From assembly GCA_036337225.1 (NCBI GenBank), contig JAYZEP010000006.1, forward strand, positions 73,771 to 137,770: a stretch of 64,000 nt of DNA, written 5' to 3'. This stretch comes from Thermodesulfobacteriota bacterium (lineage in GTDB: Bacteria; Desulfobacterota_D; UBA1144). Below, one piece after another: positions 19,851-29,966 of the stretch. A model generated the notes under the pieces. It did not search any database. It was not told the origin of the DNA and saw nothing but the letters and a program-made list of their open reading frames with translations. Both the position numbers and the translations under genes were made by a program. Each line of letters opens with the position of its first letter. Within the stretch, counting starts at the first letter, position 1.

Positions 19851-21086
19851 ATGCGAAAAGCATTAAAGGCCAGATTCATTCTTTTTGGTGGCAAAGGACC
19901 TTTACATAACCACTCAGTTATTATCAACAAAGAAAGAATAGAAAAGATTATTCCAAGTTCAGAGGTAGATAAAAGTTCATACAAGGTAATTAATTTGGAG
20001 GACTCAGTATTGATGCCAGGTTTTGTCAATGCTCATATTCATCTCGAATTAAATTGGATTAGAAAAGGACTAACCTCGTTTAATTCTTTTCCTTCTTGGC
20101 TGGAACAAATTATAAATCTCAAAAGAGAAAACAATAACAGAGAAGTGATAACTCAGTCTGTTCAAACATCACTAAAAGAAACAATTAATTCCGGGGTTAC
20201 AACAATTGGTCAGATAAGTTCGTATAGTGGACTAGACTTCGAAGAAATAGTTAAAAGCAAAATAAGAGCCGTGTATTTTTTTGAAATAGCAAATTCAACT
20301 ATCTCACGTACAAAGGAACCCTTCTTTGAAAAACTAAAAAGTTTAAATAAAAAAAACAATGACATGTTCACTTTAAAGTTATTTCCTCATTCGATTTATT
20401 CACTTGATACGGTAGCACTGGAAGAAATACTAGCAAAGGCGTACAAGGAAAAAGTAGATCTCGGTATACATCTTTCCGAAAGCAAAGACGAAGTCAGACT
20501 AATTCAAAAAAAGAAGAATGCATTCGAAGATATGATTTTCCCAATACTAGAAAGGAGGCCAAGAATAAAAATCAGAGGAAATTCTCCATTATCCTATCTC
20601 CATAAACTCAATAAAGATAAATCGAATATAGTTTTGGTTCATATGAATAACTTACTTAAAGAGGATTTTAAAATATTAAGGGGACAGAAGTATCCCGTTG
20701 TTTTATGTCCCAGAAGCAATTTATTTCTAAATCAAAAAATGGCTGATTTAAATTTCTTTATGAATTACGAGAACACTGGAATAGGAACGGATGGACTTTC
20801 GAGTAATTTCTCAATAAATTTTTTAGATGAAATAAGATTTTTATATCTACATTCAAAGAGGTTCATTAAAAAAAATTCTGAAAAAATTGTACTTGAAAAA
20901 GCTACTCTCGGCGGAGCTAGAGCTCTTGGCATCGACAAATTTGTAGGAACGATAGAAAAAAATAAAAAAGCAGACTTGATAGCTTTTAGAATAAAGAATA
21001 ATGACCCCTTTATGTCTGTTATTGATTCAAATAATAGTGATTTAAAATTATCGATTATTAACGGGCAAATTGTTAAGTCACAATAA
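19851..21086 (+). CDS. amidohydrolase-superfamily deaminase, putative aminodeoxyfutalosine deaminase
   Basis: Metal-binding HxH (FVNAHIHLE). 411 aa and similar in outline to MtaD/SAH-deaminase-like enzymes. The functional guess rests on adjacency to mqnD/mqnA. Confidence 0.55.
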   Translation: MRKALKARFILFGGKGPLHNHSVIINKERIEKIIPSSEVDKSSYKVINLEDSVLMPGFVNAHIHLELNWIRKGLTSFNSFPSWLEQIINLKRENNNREVITQSVQTSLKETINSGVTTIGQISSYSGLDFEEIVKSKIRAVYFFEIANSTISRTKEPFFEKLKSLNKKNNDMFTLKLFPHSIYSLDTVALEEILAKAYKEKVDLGIHLSESKDEVRLIQKKKNAFEDMIFPILERRPRIKIRGNSPLSYLHKLNKDKSNIVLVHMNNLLKEDFKILRGQKYPVVLCPRSNLFLNQKMADLNFFMNYENTGIGTDGLSSNFSINFLDEIRFLYLHSKRFIKKNSEKIVLEKATLGGARALGIDKFVGTIEKNKKADLIAFRIKNNDPFMSVIDSNNSDLKLSIINGQIVKSQ

Positions 21087-21906
21087 GATCAAGTTCAATG
21101 TTTTTTTTGATTAATCCTTTTGCAAAAGCTGAATCATACATGAATTTGAGCCCCTTAACGCCTCTGTAGTTGAGATCTAACGTATCTTCGTTTACATACA
21201 TAAGAACAAATTCTCGTGCCACGTTTCTCGGTACACCTCTACCAAACTCCATGGCATAATCAAGCGCCTCATCAATATTAGATAAAGCATAAGCAATGCT
21301 CTGTTTGATTAGTTGGGAAACTTCAATTTGAACGTCTAAATCTAAAGCTCTACTCACAACATTCAAACCAAGAGGAATAGGATATTGGCATTCATCATAC
21401 CAAAGTTTGGGTAGGTCCAATAATAGCTTTAAACCAAAATTCTTAAAAGTAAGTTGGCCCTCGTGTATAACTAATCCCGCGTCCACCTCTGAATTTAGTA
21501 TTGCTGGTATAATTTGATCAAAATCATATTGTATAAATTCAGCATCGTTACAATAAAGTTTTAAAAGCAAGAACGCCGAGGTTAGTTCTCCGGGTATTGC
21601 AATCTTGATGTCTTGAGTTTGTGCAATATCAGGTTTAGATACGACTATTGGTCCATACCGATCACCCATACTTGCACCACAATCCATAACTCTATAGGTA
21701 TCGTATAGTTGTACATATGCATGTGCGGAAACGGCTGTTGTATCCAACTGTTTATTGATTGCCATATTGTTAAGTGTCTGTATATCTTTAATGATATGAG
21801 TAAATTCAATTTTTTCAGATTTAACGATACCCTTTGACATCGCATAAAACATGAAGGCATCATCCGCATCAGGACTATGTCCTAGGGTAATATTCTTTTT
21901 TGGCAT
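21073..21906 (-). CDS. mqnD: MqnA/MqnD-family protein, MqnD-like (1,4-dihydroxy-6-naphthoate synthase)
   Basis: N-terminal LGHSPDADDAFMFYA and about 277 aa, consistent with the periplasmic-binding-protein-like VitK2 biosynthesis fold. Paired with mqnA. Confidence 0.6.
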   Translation of the reverse strand: MPKKNITLGHSPDADDAFMFYAMSKGIVKSEKIEFTHIIKDIQTLNNMAINKQLDTTAVSAHAYVQLYDTYRVMDCGASMGDRYGPIVVSKPDIAQTQDIKIAIPGELTSAFLLLKLYCNDAEFIQYDFDQIIPAILNSEVDAGLVIHEGQLTFKNFGLKLLLDLPKLWYDECQYPIPLGLNVVSRALDLDVQIEVSQLIKQSIAYALSNIDEALDYAMEFGRGVPRNVAREFVLMYVNEDTLDLNYRGVKGLKFMYDSAFAKGLIKKNIELDLIVT

Positions 21907-21909
21907 AAT

Positions 21910-22710
21910 TTATACTTCATTATTAAAACTATTTTTTTTCCAGTTTGCAAATTTAGAAGAAAGATCTCGGAAGAGGTTAATGCCCTTAATATGTTGATCA
22001 GTAATTTTATACGAACTTCTTTCATTTAAATATTTTTCAGCGGTTTTCCTTTGTATTTTAGAGCTATTCATGATTAAAAAATCATCGATTATTAGATTAG
22101 TATGTTGGAGCCCTTCTTGATAAGAATCATCAAGAAGATTTAATTCCTCTTCATTCGGAGAAGAGTGTAAATAATTATATGTTCCAAATGTGAATGGAAA
22201 ACCGGTTTCATTGAACCAAATCTCTCCTAAATCATAAGTATTAATTCCTATTGGGTTTGACGATATAATTTCTAGACTAAGGTCGCCTATAATAACGTAT
22301 CCAACATTCGGTTTCATTTTCATATTTGATTTTGGTTCTCCAGCTTCATAATCAACATCAATATTAAAAAAGTGTGATTGGATTGTTTTAAAAAGCATAT
22401 TCGAACTCTTTGATCTACTGTCTAGAACCACTGTTTTTATATCTTTTAATTTTGATTGCGACACTAAAAGTACGCTGTCGACTTTCCCATACGAACTTAT
22501 GCAGTAATTGGTAAGAGATACGACGTTCTCTCCAGACAAATGGTCTGCAATTGAAAGTAACGATAAAAATACTTCGCCTGATACTAGAGGATCCAAAAGT
22601 GAAGAAGGATAGCACTCTGAAGTCTTGTAATTTTCAAAAGAATTATTATCAAACAAATAAGTTAAAGGTTTAGAGTTTAAAAATGGAACAGTTCCGAGAT
22701 ACTTTATCAT
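21910..22710 (-). CDS. mqnA: chorismate dehydratase (futalosine pathway)
   Basis: N-terminal LGTVPFLNSKPL and YPSSL match the MqnA pattern. 266 aa. Confidence 0.65.
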   Translation of the reverse strand: MIKYLGTVPFLNSKPLTYLFDNNSFENYKTSECYPSSLLDPLVSGEVFLSLLSIADHLSGENVVSLTNYCISSYGKVDSVLLVSQSKLKDIKTVVLDSRSKSSNMLFKTIQSHFFNIDVDYEAGEPKSNMKMKPNVGYVIIGDLSLEIISSNPIGINTYDLGEIWFNETGFPFTFGTYNYLHSSPNEEELNLLDDSYQEGLQHTNLIIDDFLIMNSSKIQRKTAEKYLNERSSYKITDQHIKGINLFRDLSSKFANWKKNSFNNEV

Positions 22711-22724
22711 ATTTTTTATACAGC

Positions 22725-23765
22725 TTATACTTTAAAGTCCACGAATGACCACTTTTTTGGTGTAAATATTGACCTATGAATTTCAAGAGCAAATATATCT
22801 GTCATTCCCGCTATAAAATCTCGACAATCGTCTTGGTGATTTCCACTTTTAAATTTATATAATTCTCCAAGTTTTTTCTCGTTAACTAGAAAAAAGTTAT
22901 ACAGGTCAATTAGAACTTGTTTCGCTTTTTCGAAATTATCTCTAATCTTCTTCTGATAGTAAACTTTGTCAAATAAAAAATCTCTCATATGGCCAAGATG
23001 TAGTTCAAGTTCTTTAGATATAATCACAGATTTGTAAGAATTTTTTGTTGTGGACTGAATCGTGTCTAATACAACTTTATCAATTCGCTCAGAATGTGTA
23101 TCACCAAAGAACCTAAGTAGTTTAACGGGTATGTCCTTTTTTCTAATCAAAGAAGAGCGTATAGCATCATCCAAATCATGCGTAAAATAAGCAAAAATAT
23201 CCGAATATCTAACAACTTGTCCCTCTAAGGTGATAATTCGAATTTTTCTGTTCACTATAGGGCCTCTGCCTTTTGAGTGCTTCGAAACTCCGTCTTTAAC
23301 CTCAAGTGTCAGATTTAAGCCCTTTCCGTTTTTCTCTAGCAATTCAACAATTCTAAGACTGTGAAGGTAGTGCTTAAAACCACCCGGATGAACTAAGTCA
23401 AGAGCTTGTTCTCCTGCATGACCAAAAGGAGTGTGGCCTAAATCGTGTCCCAGAGATATGGCTTCAGTTAAATCCTCGTTGAGATTTAAAGATCGCGATA
23501 TTGTACGAGCAATTTGTGAAACTTCTAACACATGAGTTAGCCTGGTCCTGAAATGATCTCCATATGGAGCCAAAAATACTTGGGTCTTATCTTTTAGTCT
23601 CCGAAAAGACTTTGAGTGAATTATCCTATCTCTATCCCGTTGATATTCCGTTCTTATACTACACTTTTTTTCTTTCCTTGATCTACCTTTGGTCTCAGCA
23701 CTAAGGGAGGCAAAATGAGAAAGGGATTTTGATTCATTAATTTCTAATTGTTTACGTATAATCAT
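22725..23765 (-). CDS. dGTP triphosphohydrolase-like HD-domain protein
   Basis: YQRDRDRIIHSKSFRRLKDKTQVF, RLTHVLEV and LGHDLGHTPFGH are signature blocks of the dGTPase family. Confidence 0.85.
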   Translation of the reverse strand: MIIRKQLEINESKSLSHFASLSAETKGRSRKEKKCSIRTEYQRDRDRIIHSKSFRRLKDKTQVFLAPYGDHFRTRLTHVLEVSQIARTISRSLNLNEDLTEAISLGHDLGHTPFGHAGEQALDLVHPGGFKHYLHSLRIVELLEKNGKGLNLTLEVKDGVSKHSKGRGPIVNRKIRIITLEGQVVRYSDIFAYFTHDLDDAIRSSLIRKKDIPVKLLRFFGDTHSERIDKVVLDTIQSTTKNSYKSVIISKELELHLGHMRDFLFDKVYYQKKIRDNFEKAKQVLIDLYNFFLVNEKKLGELYKFKSGNHQDDCRDFIAGMTDIFALEIHRSIFTPKKWSFVDFKV

Positions 23766-23767
23766 AT

Positions 23768-24526
23768 CTAGTCTCTAACCAATATACCCTGTTTGGATAA
23801 GAAATTTTTTGCATCACTAATAGTATATTCTCCAAAATGAAATATAGATGCACAGAGAGCAGCATCAGCTTTCCCAATAGTGAAAGCATCCGCTATATGT
23901 TTTAACGTCCCCGCACCTCCAGATGCAATGATAGGAATCGTCATTGTTTGGCTTAACAAAGAAAGAATCTCTAGATCGTATCCTATTTTTGTTCCATCTC
24001 TATCCATGGATGTCAAAAGAATCTCGCCAGCCCCATATTCTTGCATTTTGTTAACCCAATCTACAGCATTAATCCCAGTAGGTTTTCTACCTCCATGGGT
24101 AAAGACTTCCCACAAGCCTTCCTCCCTCTTCTTTACATCAACTGCAACAACTATACATTGTGATCCAAACTTCTTTGCTGACTCAGCAACAATATTAGGG
24201 TCGTTTACTGCAGCGGTATTTATTGAAACTTTATCTGCCCCTGCCATTAAAAGTAATCTAATGTCCTCATTGCTACGTACACCACCCCCAACAGTTAGTG
24301 GGACAAAAACTTTATCGGCCGCTTTTTCAATGGTGTTAATCATAATACTCCTGCCTTCATTAGACGCGGTTATATCTAAGAATGTAATCTCGTCGGCCCC
24401 TTCATTGCTATATCGCTCAGCAACTTCTACAGGGTCTCCAGCATCTATCAAATTAATAAAATTGATTCCCTTTACAACTCGACCCTTATCTATATCTAAA
24501 CAAGGTATTATCCTTTTAGCCAGCAT
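23768..24526 (-). CDS. hisF: imidazole glycerol phosphate synthase cyclase subunit
   Basis: KRIIPCLDI...[13 protein letters not shown]...GGGVRS...ASGGAG. Start set at [11 protein letters not shown] because AAGGA lies 8 nt upstream. The ORF extends to 24586. Confidence 0.92.
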   Translation of the reverse strand: MLAKRIIPCLDIDKGRVVKGINFINLIDAGDPVEVAERYSNEGADEITFLDITASNEGRSIMINTIEKAADKVFVPLTVGGGVRSNEDIRLLLMAGADKVSINTAAVNDPNIVAESAKKFGSQCIVVAVDVKKREEGLWEVFTHGGRKPTGINAVDWVNKMQEYGAGEILLTSMDRDGTKIGYDLEILSLLSQTMTIPIIASGGAGTLKHIADAFTIGKADAALCASIFHFGEYTISDAKNFLSKQGILVRD

Positions 24527-25247
24527 CGCCATATTCCTTGATGCAAGTTTTGAGATTGATTTTTTTCTCATAAAGTGATTTGCCAAGTATCACTCCGTAA
24601 ATCCTTTCATCATTCATGGATTGTATTTCTTTCAAGTCTGATTCTCCTTTAATTCCACCCGAGATTATTATTGGAATACTGGATAACTTCAAATAATTCT
24701 CAATTAGAGTTTTATTAAAACCTTCAAGGGTGCCATCTCTATCAACTGACGTAAGCACTATCAAGGGCACTTTTAAATTCTCGAATCTTTGAATGGCATC
24801 CTCAAGGCTTATATCAATTTTAGTATTCCAACCTTTTATTGCAACTTTGTCATCTTTAATATCTAAGCCAACGGCAATTTGATCGAGATACATTTTGCAA
24901 GCTTCTTCAAAGAAAGCTTTATCAATAAATGCTGAGGTTCCCAAGATTACTCTTTTTGCTCCAATTGATATGTAGTCCTTAATTGTTTTTAGATTTCTAA
25001 TACCCCCACCAATTTGAAATTCACATTTGCTATTACTAAGAATAGTGCTTATGGCTTGAAAATTTTTACTCTCGCCTTCAAGAGCTCCATCCAAATCTAC
25101 GATATGGATTAATTTGGCTCCATCCGACTGCCATCTGATTGATACATCAAGTGGGCTATCCGAATAAATGGTCTGCTTATTAAAATCTCCCTTGAAAAGC
25201 CTCACGCATTTTTGGTCTTTTATATCAATAGCAGGTATAAGTAGCAT
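24516..25247 (-). CDS. hisA: ProFAR isomerase
   Basis: [17 protein letters not shown]...IHIVDLDGA...QIGGGIR...SGGI. Confidence 0.9.
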   Translation of the reverse strand: MLLIPAIDIKDQKCVRLFKGDFNKQTIYSDSPLDVSIRWQSDGAKLIHIVDLDGALEGESKNFQAISTILSNSKCEFQIGGGIRNLKTIKDYISIGAKRVILGTSAFIDKAFFEEACKMYLDQIAVGLDIKDDKVAIKGWNTKIDISLEDAIQRFENLKVPLIVLTSVDRDGTLEGFNKTLIENYLKLSSIPIIISGGIKGESDLKEIQSMNDERIYGVILGKSLYEKKINLKTCIKEYGDAG

Positions 25248-25293
25248 ATAAATATATTTTACAAAAATTAATTAATAAATTAAATTAAATTTC

Positions 25294-25707
25294 ATGAGGT
25301 ATTGGCTTGTGAAGTCCGAACCCTTCAAATATTCCTGGGAAACCATGTTGAAAGACAGGGTTACATATTGGGATGGTGTTCGCAATTTTCAAGCAAGGAA
25401 TAATTTAAAAACCATGAAAAAAGGCGAGCAGGTTCTTTTTTATCATAGCAACGAAGGTCGCGAGATTGTTGGAATAACCGAAGTTGTTAAGGAATACTAT
25501 CAAGATCCGACCACGAAAGACGAGAGATGGGTTGTGGTTGATCTAAAAGCGAAAAATAGCCTAAAAAGAACAATTGACCTCAATGAGATTAAGGAAGATC
25601 CGATATTATCGGATATGGCACTAATTAAGCAGTCCAGATTATCAGTTATGGAAATTAAAAAAAAACACTTCGACAGAATAATTAGGAAATCAAATGGAAA
25701 AAGATGA
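25294..25707 (+). CDS. EVE (PUA-like) domain protein
   Basis: MRYWLVKSEP...WDGVRNFQARNNLKTMKKGEQVLFYHS is the canonical EVE-domain N-terminus. 137 aa. Confidence 0.75.
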   Translation: MRYWLVKSEPFKYSWETMLKDRVTYWDGVRNFQARNNLKTMKKGEQVLFYHSNEGREIVGITEVVKEYYQDPTTKDERWVVVDLKAKNSLKRTIDLNEIKEDPILSDMALIKQSRLSVMEIKKKHFDRIIRKSNGKR

Positions 25708-26650
25708 AAAAAAATTAATTAAAGGCTTGTCGTCCGGCAATAGGGTTTCGCTATCAAGACTTATAAGCATTATAGAAAGTGATCCATCAGCAACTTTGAG
25801 AATTTTTCATTCAATAAAAAAGGTTCCAAATAATATATACACAATAGGAATCACTGGACCTCCCGGAGCTGGAAAGAGTACGCTAACAAATCAAATGATA
25901 AAAAGGTTTAGAAAAGATGGATTAAAAATCGGGGTTGTCGCAGTTGATCCTAGTAGCCCTTTTACCGGTGGAGCAGTATTGGGAGACAGGATAAGGATGC
26001 AAGAACACACTCTTGATAATAGTGTTTTCATAAGAAGCCTAGGTAGCAGAGGTGATCTCGGTGGGATGTCTAACTCCGCAAGTGGAATAGTAAAACTTTT
26101 TGATGTTTTTGGAATGGACATAGCAATAATTGAGACTGTAGGGGTTGGACAAACAGAGCTCGATATTATTAAGATTGCAGATTGCGTTGTCGTAACTTTA
26201 GTTCCGGAAGCTGGTGATGGAATACAAGCAATGAAAGCGGGATTAATGGAGATTGGAGACATTTTTGTAGTCAACAAATCAGATCGTGGGGGGGCAGAAA
26301 AGCTCGCTAGGGAAGTTGATTATATGGTATCTCTAAAAAAACAAATTTCTCAGCGAAAGACAAAAGTTTTAATTGCACAAGCAGAAAATGATATAGGCAT
26401 TGATAAAATTATAGATGAAATAAAATCATTCAGGGAATTTGAGGAGTCAAATAATTTTTTATCAATCAAAAGAAGTGAAAGAAAAATTTCCGAAATCGAT
26501 TTCTTGTTAAACCGAAAACTTAAACAGGAATTGGACAAAATTAAAGATACGGATAAAGTTAAAAAAGCGATAAAGAAACTAAAAGATGAAAAACTGGAGC
26601 CAGATAAAGTAGTAGAATTAATATTAAACCTATTAAAAGAGAATAAGTGA
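25694..26650 (+). CDS. meaB: methylmalonyl-CoA mutase-associated G-protein chaperone (MeaB/ArgK)
   Basis: P-loop GPPGAGKST, VAVDPSSPFTGGAVLGDRIRM, ETVGVGQ and NKSD are all MeaB/ArgK signatures. Confidence 0.85.
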   Translation: MEKDEKKLIKGLSSGNRVSLSRLISIIESDPSATLRIFHSIKKVPNNIYTIGITGPPGAGKSTLTNQMIKRFRKDGLKIGVVAVDPSSPFTGGAVLGDRIRMQEHTLDNSVFIRSLGSRGDLGGMSNSASGIVKLFDVFGMDIAIIETVGVGQTELDIIKIADCVVVTLVPEAGDGIQAMKAGLMEIGDIFVVNKSDRGGAEKLAREVDYMVSLKKQISQRKTKVLIAQAENDIGIDKIIDEIKSFREFEESNNFLSIKRSERKISEIDFLLNRKLKQELDKIKDTDKVKKAIKKLKDEKLEPDKVVELILNLLKENK

Positions 26651-28059
26651 GAAAAATTCTAATTAGCGAAACCCTTGATGAAATACGTGTTGCCATCATA
26701 GACAACTCTAGGCTAAAAAACTTTTTTATCGATAATAATAGTGAGCAAATATCCATAAGAGGAAACATCTACAAAGCAAAGATGCATCCTAACGCAAAAG
26801 GAATAGAGGCGTCCTTTGTTGACATAGGGGTTGGGCAGTCGGCCTTTTTATCGAATCTAAATCCTTTAAAAGAAGAAATGGGGGATGACGGTGTAGATGC
26901 TCATAAAATAGTTAAAAATGATTTTATTATGGTCCAAGGAATAAGTGATTATGATTCTAGAAAAGCGCCTAAGGTATCTAATTTTATTGCGCTTCCATCA
27001 AAATTCTGTGTCATTATAAGCAAACCAGGATTTCTTGGTATTTCAAAAAAGATTAATGATGAAAAAGAAAGAAAGCGCCTTAAATCATTAAAAAAAATGG
27101 TTACTAAAAATAGTGGAATTATACTAAGAACCTCCTCGCAGAACGAGACCATAAAGGATATACAAGAAGATATTTCCAAAACGAAAAAGAAATGGAGAGA
27201 AATTCTAACGAAGTTCAAAGAAAATAAATCATACGGAATACTGCACCAAGAAGACAATATAATTAATAGCATCTTAAGAGAGTTCTTGACCGATACCACA
27301 AAGGAAATTGAATTTAATTCAAGAAAAACCTACAACTACTTTAAAAAAAATTTGGGAAAAAATAAAAATACTACGAAATTGAGAATCGTAAACAAAAAAG
27401 ACGATATGTTTCAACAAAACAAAATAGGTAAAGATATTGAAAAGCTATTTCACAAAAAGGTAAATTTAAAAAATGGCTCTTTCTTGATTATAGAAGAAAA
27501 AGAAGGATTAACCGTGGTTGACGTTAATTCAGGAAGAAGTCTAAAGAATACTAAAGAGTCTAATCTAAGTGTCAATATTTACGCAGCAAAAGAAATAGCA
27601 CATCAAGTAATCTTAAGAAATTTGGGCGGTATAGTGTTGATAGATTTTATCGACCTAAACAAGCGAACTGAAAAGAATAAACTTTTTAATGTTTTTAAAA
27701 AGGCAATGAGGACGGATAAAGCAAAACATACGATTCTACCAATGTCAAAGTTTGGCATAATTGAAATGACACGACAAAGAAAAGGCGCTAGGACATCGAC
27801 ACTTGTAAGTGAAAGCTGCCATGTATGCTACGGTTCGGGTTTAGTGACAAAAAAAGAAATCGTATGCTATGAGCTACTAAGAAAAGTTGTAACAAAACAT
27901 AGTTCCAATAAAAAGAAAAAAATTGAGATTAATATACATCCTAATTTGATTCAGACTCTCAATACAATTATTGAAAAGAACCAATATCATGAAGATGTTA
28001 AAAATCTCAATATTCAGATTGTGGAAGATAGCTCTATCAATAATTATAAAATGATTTGA
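26647..28059 (+). CDS. rng: ribonuclease G/E-family endoribonuclease
   Basis: S1-like N-terminus (GNIYKAKM...ASFVDIG), DNase-I-like core (VVDVNSG, GGIVLIDFIDL) and a Zn-link CHVCYGSG. GTG start overlaps the meaB stop (GTGA). Confidence 0.8.
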   Translation: MRKILISETLDEIRVAIIDNSRLKNFFIDNNSEQISIRGNIYKAKMHPNAKGIEASFVDIGVGQSAFLSNLNPLKEEMGDDGVDAHKIVKNDFIMVQGISDYDSRKAPKVSNFIALPSKFCVIISKPGFLGISKKINDEKERKRLKSLKKMVTKNSGIILRTSSQNETIKDIQEDISKTKKKWREILTKFKENKSYGILHQEDNIINSILREFLTDTTKEIEFNSRKTYNYFKKNLGKNKNTTKLRIVNKKDDMFQQNKIGKDIEKLFHKKVNLKNGSFLIIEEKEGLTVVDVNSGRSLKNTKESNLSVNIYAAKEIAHQVILRNLGGIVLIDFIDLNKRTEKNKLFNVFKKAMRTDKAKHTILPMSKFGIIEMTRQRKGARTSTLVSESCHVCYGSGLVTKKEIVCYELLRKVVTKHSSNKKKKIEINIHPNLIQTLNTIIEKNQYHEDVKNLNIQIVEDSSINNYKMI

Positions 28060-28092
28060 TGAATTCAGAGTTATATATTAGATTTATAAGCC

Positions 28093-28515
28093 ATGGATGT
28101 TTTTAAAGTAGGGAGTTTGTATCACATAGGTATTGCTGTATATGATGCAGATAAGACTGCAGAATTGTACAAGAACACCTTAGGTCTAAAAATTGCTCAT
28201 GACGAGACATCCGTTGATCAAGGAGTTAGAGCGATTATGCTTCTGCCAGACAACACATTATCGTGCGCTATAGAGTTACTTGAACCAGCCATTGAAGATT
28301 CGTCTATCTCAAAATTCTTAGAAAAACGAGGTGAAGGAATGCATCACGTCTGTTACCTCGTAGAGAACATCTATCTAGCAATAAAGCACTTAGAAGATAT
28401 GGGGGTAGAAATGATAGACCATGAGCCTAGAGAGGGAATAAACAAGACAGTAGTGGCCTTCGCTCATCCAAAGAGTATGAACAGCGTCTTAATTGAATTA
28501 GCACAAAAAGTCTGA
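28093..28515 (+). CDS. methylmalonyl-CoA epimerase (VOC/glyoxalase fold)
   Basis: HIGIAV...IELLEP...KFLEKRGEGMHHVCY...AFAHPKS...LIELAQ matches the epimerase pattern. 140 aa. Confidence 0.8.
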   Translation: MDVFKVGSLYHIGIAVYDADKTAELYKNTLGLKIAHDETSVDQGVRAIMLLPDNTLSCAIELLEPAIEDSSISKFLEKRGEGMHHVCYLVENIYLAIKHLEDMGVEMIDHEPREGINKTVVAFAHPKSMNSVLIELAQKV

Positions 28516-28516
28516 A

Positions 28517-28723
28517 CTAGTCAGTTTTTTTTGAATCATCATTCTTATCTGCTTCTCCAGAACTTTTCTCTTCTTTTGAACCCTTATCTTGCATAGCTTT
28601 TTTAAATCCAGATATGCCCTTTCCCAAAGACGATCCTATGTCACCTAATTTACTAGGACCAAATATAAGCAACACGATTAATAAGATAATGACTAATTCG
28701 CCAATTCCTAAACCACCAATCAT
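28517..28723 (-). CDS. tatA: twin-arginine translocase subunit TatA/E
   Basis: GELVIILLIVLLIFGPSKLGDIGSSLGKGISGFKKAM: a TM helix, an FGP hinge and an amphipathic helix. GGAGGT SD. Confidence 0.85.
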   Translation of the reverse strand: MIGGLGIGELVIILLIVLLIFGPSKLGDIGSSLGKGISGFKKAMQDKGSKEEKSSGEADKNDDSKKTD

Positions 28724-28814
28724 TTATACCTCCATTTTTACAAAAACTAACTCACCTAACTTACAGTGTCAATCACCAGCTTTGATATATTATATAATAC
28801 AATATAATTAGATT

Positions 28815-29966
28815 GTGAAAGTTCTAATTTATGTGCACGAATTTCCTCCATTTCAAGGGGGTATAGCAACATCAGCGGAAAAAATTGCTACCATTATAAG
28901 TTCTGAACACGAATTAATGGTCTGCTGTCCGTCATATTCAATGAAAAGCTATGAGAAAAAAGAGCCTTATCAAATAAAAAGAATCAATTTTGTTGGTGGT
29001 AAAAATTTCAAGAAGATACCTTTGTTGCAATATTTTACAGGATTATTGAATCTAAAAAAAATTGTCCATAATTTTCAACCGGACAAAATTATTTATTTAG
29101 GTGAAGAAGCAGAACTTGTTGGAGGAATGCTTAATCTCAATAAGGCTCATCAAATTGTTAGAGTTGCTGGTTCAGGAATAGAAGCAATAATCAAAAGCAG
29201 TAATCCTTTAAAAATAATTTCCAAATATCTACTCAGGAAATTGTATCAAAATTCAAAGTTTATTATAGCTGTTAGCAAAAATACAGAGAAATTAATGGCG
29301 AACAACGAAGCTTACTTTAAAAAAGAAAAAATAAAGATGATATATAATGGAATAGACGATAATTTTTTAAACAAGAAAAAAGAATTAAATAGAAGAAAAG
29401 AACTAGGAATTAAAGAAGACGATTTTGTCCTTTTAACGGTTGCAAGGCTTCTTCCGAGGAAAGGACAGGATTTTGTAATAAAGGCATTATCAGAAATTAA
29501 TCAACCCAACATTAAGTATCTTTGTGTTGGTGAAGGAAGGTTTGAAAAACAGTATAGACAATTGGCAACATCCTTAGGACTCAAAGATAGAGTTATTTTT
29601 GCCGGTGGCATTGAGAACGAAAGAATACATGAATACTACGATTGTGCGAATATATTTATACTCTGCAACAGAACATGGGATTCCAAGATTGAAGGTTTAC
29701 CTAATGTAGTCATCGAAAGCATGGCTAGATCGGTTCCGGTTATTGGCTCTAAAAATAGCGGAACCGAGGAGTTGATCCTAGACGGAATAACTGGTTTTCT
29801 TGTTGATCCATATAACATTAATGACGTAAATGAAAAAATAGTACGAGCATACGCAATGAAAGACAAATTAGATAAAATGGGAGAATCGGCTAAGATTTTT
29901 GTAAAAGACAACTTTCATTATGAAAAAATGAGGAGTGAATACTTAAAGTTGCTTGCCAATGAATAG
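28815..29966 (+). CDS. GT4-family glycosyltransferase
   Basis: 383 aa with a GT-B fold pattern. The C-terminal E-x7-E region is EGLPNVVIESMARSVPVIGSKNSGTEELI. GTG start. Confidence 0.8.
   Translation: MKVLIYVHEFPPFQGGIATSAEKIATIISSEHELMVCCPSYSMKSYEKKEPYQIKRINFVGGKNFKKIPLLQYFTGLLNLKKIVHNFQPDKIIYLGEEAELVGGMLNLNKAHQIVRVAGSGIEAIIKSSNPLKIISKYLLRKLYQNSKFIIAVSKNTEKLMANNEAYFKKEKIKMIYNGIDDNFLNKKKELNRRKELGIKEDDFVLLTVARLLPRKGQDFVIKALSEINQPNIKYLCVGEGRFEKQYRQLATSLGLKDRVIFAGGIENERIHEYYDCANIFILCNRTWDSKIEGLPNVVIESMARSVPVIGSKNSGTEELILDGITGFLVDPYNINDVNEKIVRAYAMKDKLDKMGESAKIFVKDNFHYEKMRSEYLKLLANE

Noticed and set aside
22725-23765. The dGTPase-like HD protein as an anti-phage dNTP-depletion defence gene.
   Set aside because: It is packed 14 nt from mqnA and 2 nt from hisF in a housekeeping run. 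No other defence-type genes are nearby. It matches the common core dGTPase-like family.
23880-24578. A 232-aa ORF antisense to almost the whole of hisF, which is unusually long for an AT-rich genome.
   Set aside because: It lies in the antisense register where stops arise only opposite Tyr, His or Gln codons with particular neighbouring wobble bases, and HisF has few of these. The product is low-complexity (S/P/I/L-rich) with no SD or promoter, while hisF on the other strand is unambiguous. It is most likely a frame artefact.
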